64,000 nt of DNA from Schmidtea nova (taxonomy: Eukaryota). Within the stretch, counting starts at the first letter, position 1, and every line of letters begins with the position of its first letter. This document shows, piece after piece, positions 61,621 to 64,000 of this stretch. A program made the translations under genes and the position numbers. The notes beneath the pieces were generated by a model that ran no database searches, was not told the DNA's origin, and saw only the letters and a program-made list of their open reading frames with translations. The stretch lies in contig CM097883.1 in NCBI GenBank assembly GCA_044892505.1, positions 314,650,001 to 314,714,000 of the forward strand, read 5' to 3'.

Positions 61621-64000
61621 CTATACCATCATTATCGTCTTTTCCTCGTATCGTTCTTCGTCTTCTATTTGTTTCCAGAATTCTTTACCTTTCGTTCTTC
61701 TTTGGAATTCTTGCTGTATCTCTTCTGGTATTTCTATTCTTTGCTTCATAATTTTAATATCTGGCCATTGTATGGCTGTCGCTTTGTTTCTCTTTCTGTA
61801 TCTCCAATATATTATCATGCTTGTCGTCATTATCCCATATGCTATTAATATTCCTATACTGATTAATCCTATTACTGTTTTTCCACGGTTTGTTGCTTTG
61901 ATTTTATTCTGATTCGCTTTTATCTCATTTTGGGTTTGAGCCTCTGGCTTCTTCTCCTTCTGTACTTGATTCTTGACTTTGTTCATTACTTCTTGTGTAG
62001 ACCAATGGCGATTTAGTAGTTGTTTGACGTTATTTTCTTTTGTTCGGTTTTCCACGTTTCTTGGTTCGATCTGTTGTTGTAGTTTCTCTGAGATCTGATA
62101 TAATCCGCATTCTGGTTTTTCTGAACCTTTTCTAGTGAAGGTACATATCGCGTATGTCTTATTTACTTCCATTTTCTTTAATTCGACTTTTTCCTTATTC
62201 CCTGTTTCTTTACAGTGGGTTAGGTTGTCTTCTTCTCCTTCTGGGTTATGCTTTGTCCAACATATTCCTTTCACTGTTTGATCGAGTCCTGTTAATGTCA
62301 GAGTTCTTTCTGTTTTGGTTAACTCTTCTTCGTCGAATTTCAGTATTTCTCCTTTTTGAAATGTCTTACAATGCTCTATTCCCTCTTGGATTCCTTTCTC
62401 CCAGATACATATACTTCCTTCTTCATTCATTTGTATTTCTTGTATTTCGATTTCCTTGTTTGTTTGTGATTCGTCGCTTGTCTGAACTTGGTATTCCTTC
62501 CTTGGTTCGTTGTATGTTCCCCAGCATAGTTTGTTGCTGCTTGTTTTTCTTATTGTTATGGCCATTTGTTCTATTATTATTCCTCTGTCAAAACGTTTGG
62601 ACATTGCTATTATTAACGCTATGCATACGCACTCTTGTTGGGGTGATGTTCTTTCTCTCGTGTTATTGGTGCTTTTCTCCCCTTCTCCTGGTTTATCCGT
62701 TGTGTTTCTTATCTGAGTTGCTGGTTGATCTATGGTGTTTTTGATTTCTTTCTTTGTTGGTTTTACTCTATACCATTCGAGTCTAGGCGTTTCGTATTTT
62801 TGACATACTACTGTCTTAGGTAGCCCCGACTTCTTTTCCTTTCCTATTATGCATATTCGATGCATGATTCCTCTATCCATCCCTTCTATTCGTACTATAT
62901 CCTGGTCGGATTTTCTGATTATGCATTTTAGTGGGTTATCTTTCCCAATTGGTTCATCCTCTCTATTCCAGCATATTTTCTCGACCTCCTGGACATTTAC
63001 TATTTTTATCCCTGCTTGTAGGTTTGTTGCTTCTTCCCTATTGATTAATGTCAATATTATTGTTAGACCCAACCATTTTGAACTCTGCGGTAGGCTTCTG
63101 GTTCGCCTTTCATATTTTTTCTCTTCGCCTTTAATCTCTTTTATTTCCTTGTCTTTGTTGTTTATTCCTAGTTTTCCGCTTTTCGCTTCTTTCTTATTTG
63201 GTTCTTCTCGTGCTTTTTCTTCTAGTATTTCTACTCCATGGCTTGTATTATCTATATTTAGCCATTGGGTTGTTGATTTTCTTGGGCTTATCTTGCGTAT
63301 CCATATAGCTGATAGCGCGATTATTACTGGTATGGTTGCTGTTAATATTCCTAAGCCGATTAGCTCTTTAATTTCTTTATTCTCGTCTGTTTGTATAGGT
63401 TCGCTTTGGTTGAACATTATTCCGTATTGTCCCTTTAGTTTTCTCATTAATTGTTCTCGTTCCTCTTGCTTTCTTTTGACTTCTTTGATAACTTCTTCGG
63501 GTGTCCATTTTGCTTGAGGGTCGGTTATTGTTTTTTCTGCGTCCATTTGTTCATTCGTTTGGCTTAGTTCCCTGAATTCGAGTTTCCTTGTTATTCCTTT
63601 TGATGTTGCGTTCGCTGGTGTATAGTAGGTTTCGCATCTTTCTTGTTGGTTTCCTAGTGCGTCCGTTTTTTCTATTGTACATACTTCATACTCGCTATTA
63701 AATTGTAGTTTTTCGATCTTGATTTCTTTATTTGTTTTTCTGCACTCTCTTGATTGTCTTCTTATATGTTTCTGAACTATTATCCAACATATTTCTAATG
63801 TTTTATTCTCTATTTTCCATAATGTTAGAGTTGCTGATGTCTTTCTCTCGGGTTTTGTCGTAACTTCCTGGCTTATTGGTTGTTTATTGTTTTTAAAGGT
63901 AGTGGTGTACTTCGATTTTCCTTTGTTTCGTTGTTTCCTTTTATTTTTCCGTGTTAACGTTTTGGTTCTTATTCCGGATGAAGTTGTATGTATTCCGCAT
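61621..64000 (-). CDS. Large membrane protein or polyprotein with at least 4 Cys-containing FN3-like repeats and several hydrophobic segments; 5' end outside the window
   Basis: By manual translation the frame is open from 64000 to 61621. Repeats have the pattern (I/L)CW...C...(I/V)xxLxxNxxYx(V/I)C...C; the C-terminal TM is followed by RYRKR. Confidence 0.75.
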   Translation of the reverse strand, partial: CGIHTTSSGIRTKTLTRKNKRKQRNKGKSKYTTTFKNNKQPISQEVTTKPERKTSATLTLWKIENKTLEICWIIVQKHIRRQSRECRKTNKEIKIEKLQFNSEYEVCTIEKTDALGNQQERCETYYTPANATSKGITRKLEFRELSQTNEQMDAEKTITDPQAKWTPEEVIKEVKRKQEEREQLMRKLKGQYGIMFNQSEPIQTDENKEIKELIGLGILTATIPVIIALSAIWIRKISPRKSTTQWLNIDNTSHGVEILEEKAREEPNKKEAKSGKLGINNKDKEIKEIKGEEKKYERRTRSLPQSSKWLGLTIILTLINREEATNLQAGIKIVNVQEVEKICWNREDEPIGKDNPLKCIIRKSDQDIVRIEGMDRGIMHRICIIGKEKKSGLPKTVVCQKYETPRLEWYRVKPTKKEIKNTIDQPATQIRNTTDKPGEGEKSTNNTRERTSPQQECVCIALIIAMSKRFDRGIIIEQMAITIRKTSSNKLCWGTYNEPRKEYQVQTSDESQTNKEIEIQEIQMNEEGSICIWEKGIQEGIEHCKTFQKGEILKFDEEELTKTERTLTLTGLDQTVKGICWTKHNPEGEEDNLTHCKETGNKEKVELKKMEVNKTYAICTFTRKGSEKPECGLYQISEKLQQQIEPRNVENRTKENNVKQLLNRHWSTQEVMNKVKNQVQKEKKPEAQTQNEIKANQNKIKATNRGKTVIGLISIGILIAYGIMTTSMIIYWRYRKRNKATAIQWPDIKIMKQRIEIPEEIQQEFQRRTKGKEFWKQIEDEERYEEKTIMMV

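Larger units (their letters stand above)
54124..64000 (-). mobile_element. 3' portion of a large multi-ORF element, probably an LTR retroelement or endogenous virus; the 5' part lies outside the window
   Basis: Seven co-oriented intronless ORFs with short gaps and a strongly A-rich coding strand from ~57300 to 64000. PPT-like AAAAGGGGGCC then TGAAATAA at 57457; end TTATTACA at 54124. No gag or pol is visible in the window. Confidence 0.55.

Noticed and set aside
58379-63517. Long plus-strand ORFs (e.g. 60204..61268, 60121..60801, 62849..63517)
   Set aside because: Antisense shadows: the T-rich plus strand opposite A-rich coding ORFs is depleted of stop codons, and the translations are low-complexity F/S/L.

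Overview
AT-rich, repeat-saturated eukaryotic (invertebrate-like) scaffold with four N gaps (19871-20010, 23413-23590, 23826-24032, 27607-28027). The taxon cannot be fixed from sequence alone; short ~42-56 nt introns and the TE mix would fit a flatworm such as a planarian (inference). Almost everything recognisable is mobile DNA: a complete but mutated Ty3/Gypsy element (2162-6672), a mariner (8336-9647), several decayed Gypsy copies (one interrupted by a 794-bp TMEM131 gene fragment), a head-to-head Penelope fold-back with hammerhead-like motifs, and a hAT MITE. Two larger structures stand out. (1) A 12.4-kb palindromic Polinton-derived element (35187-47601) with AGTAG...CTACT ends and a 6-bp TSD. 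It carries only two mirror-image pPolB genes and a small spliced gene per arm, and it is inserted into the polB of an older capsid-encoding Polinton. (2) The 3' ~10 kb of a large minus-strand element (54124 to beyond 64000) with LTR/PPT-like signals and a row of compact intronless ORFs: a multi-TM protein with FN3-like repeats, a RING/zinc-finger/MATH TRAF, coiled-coil proteins and a type I membrane protein. Its ~75-185 nt intergenic gaps contain poly(A)-type signals and an AG acceptor 0-3 nt before each ATG, resembling an operon resolved by splicing or trans-splicing. No rRNA, intact tRNA or CRISPR array was found.
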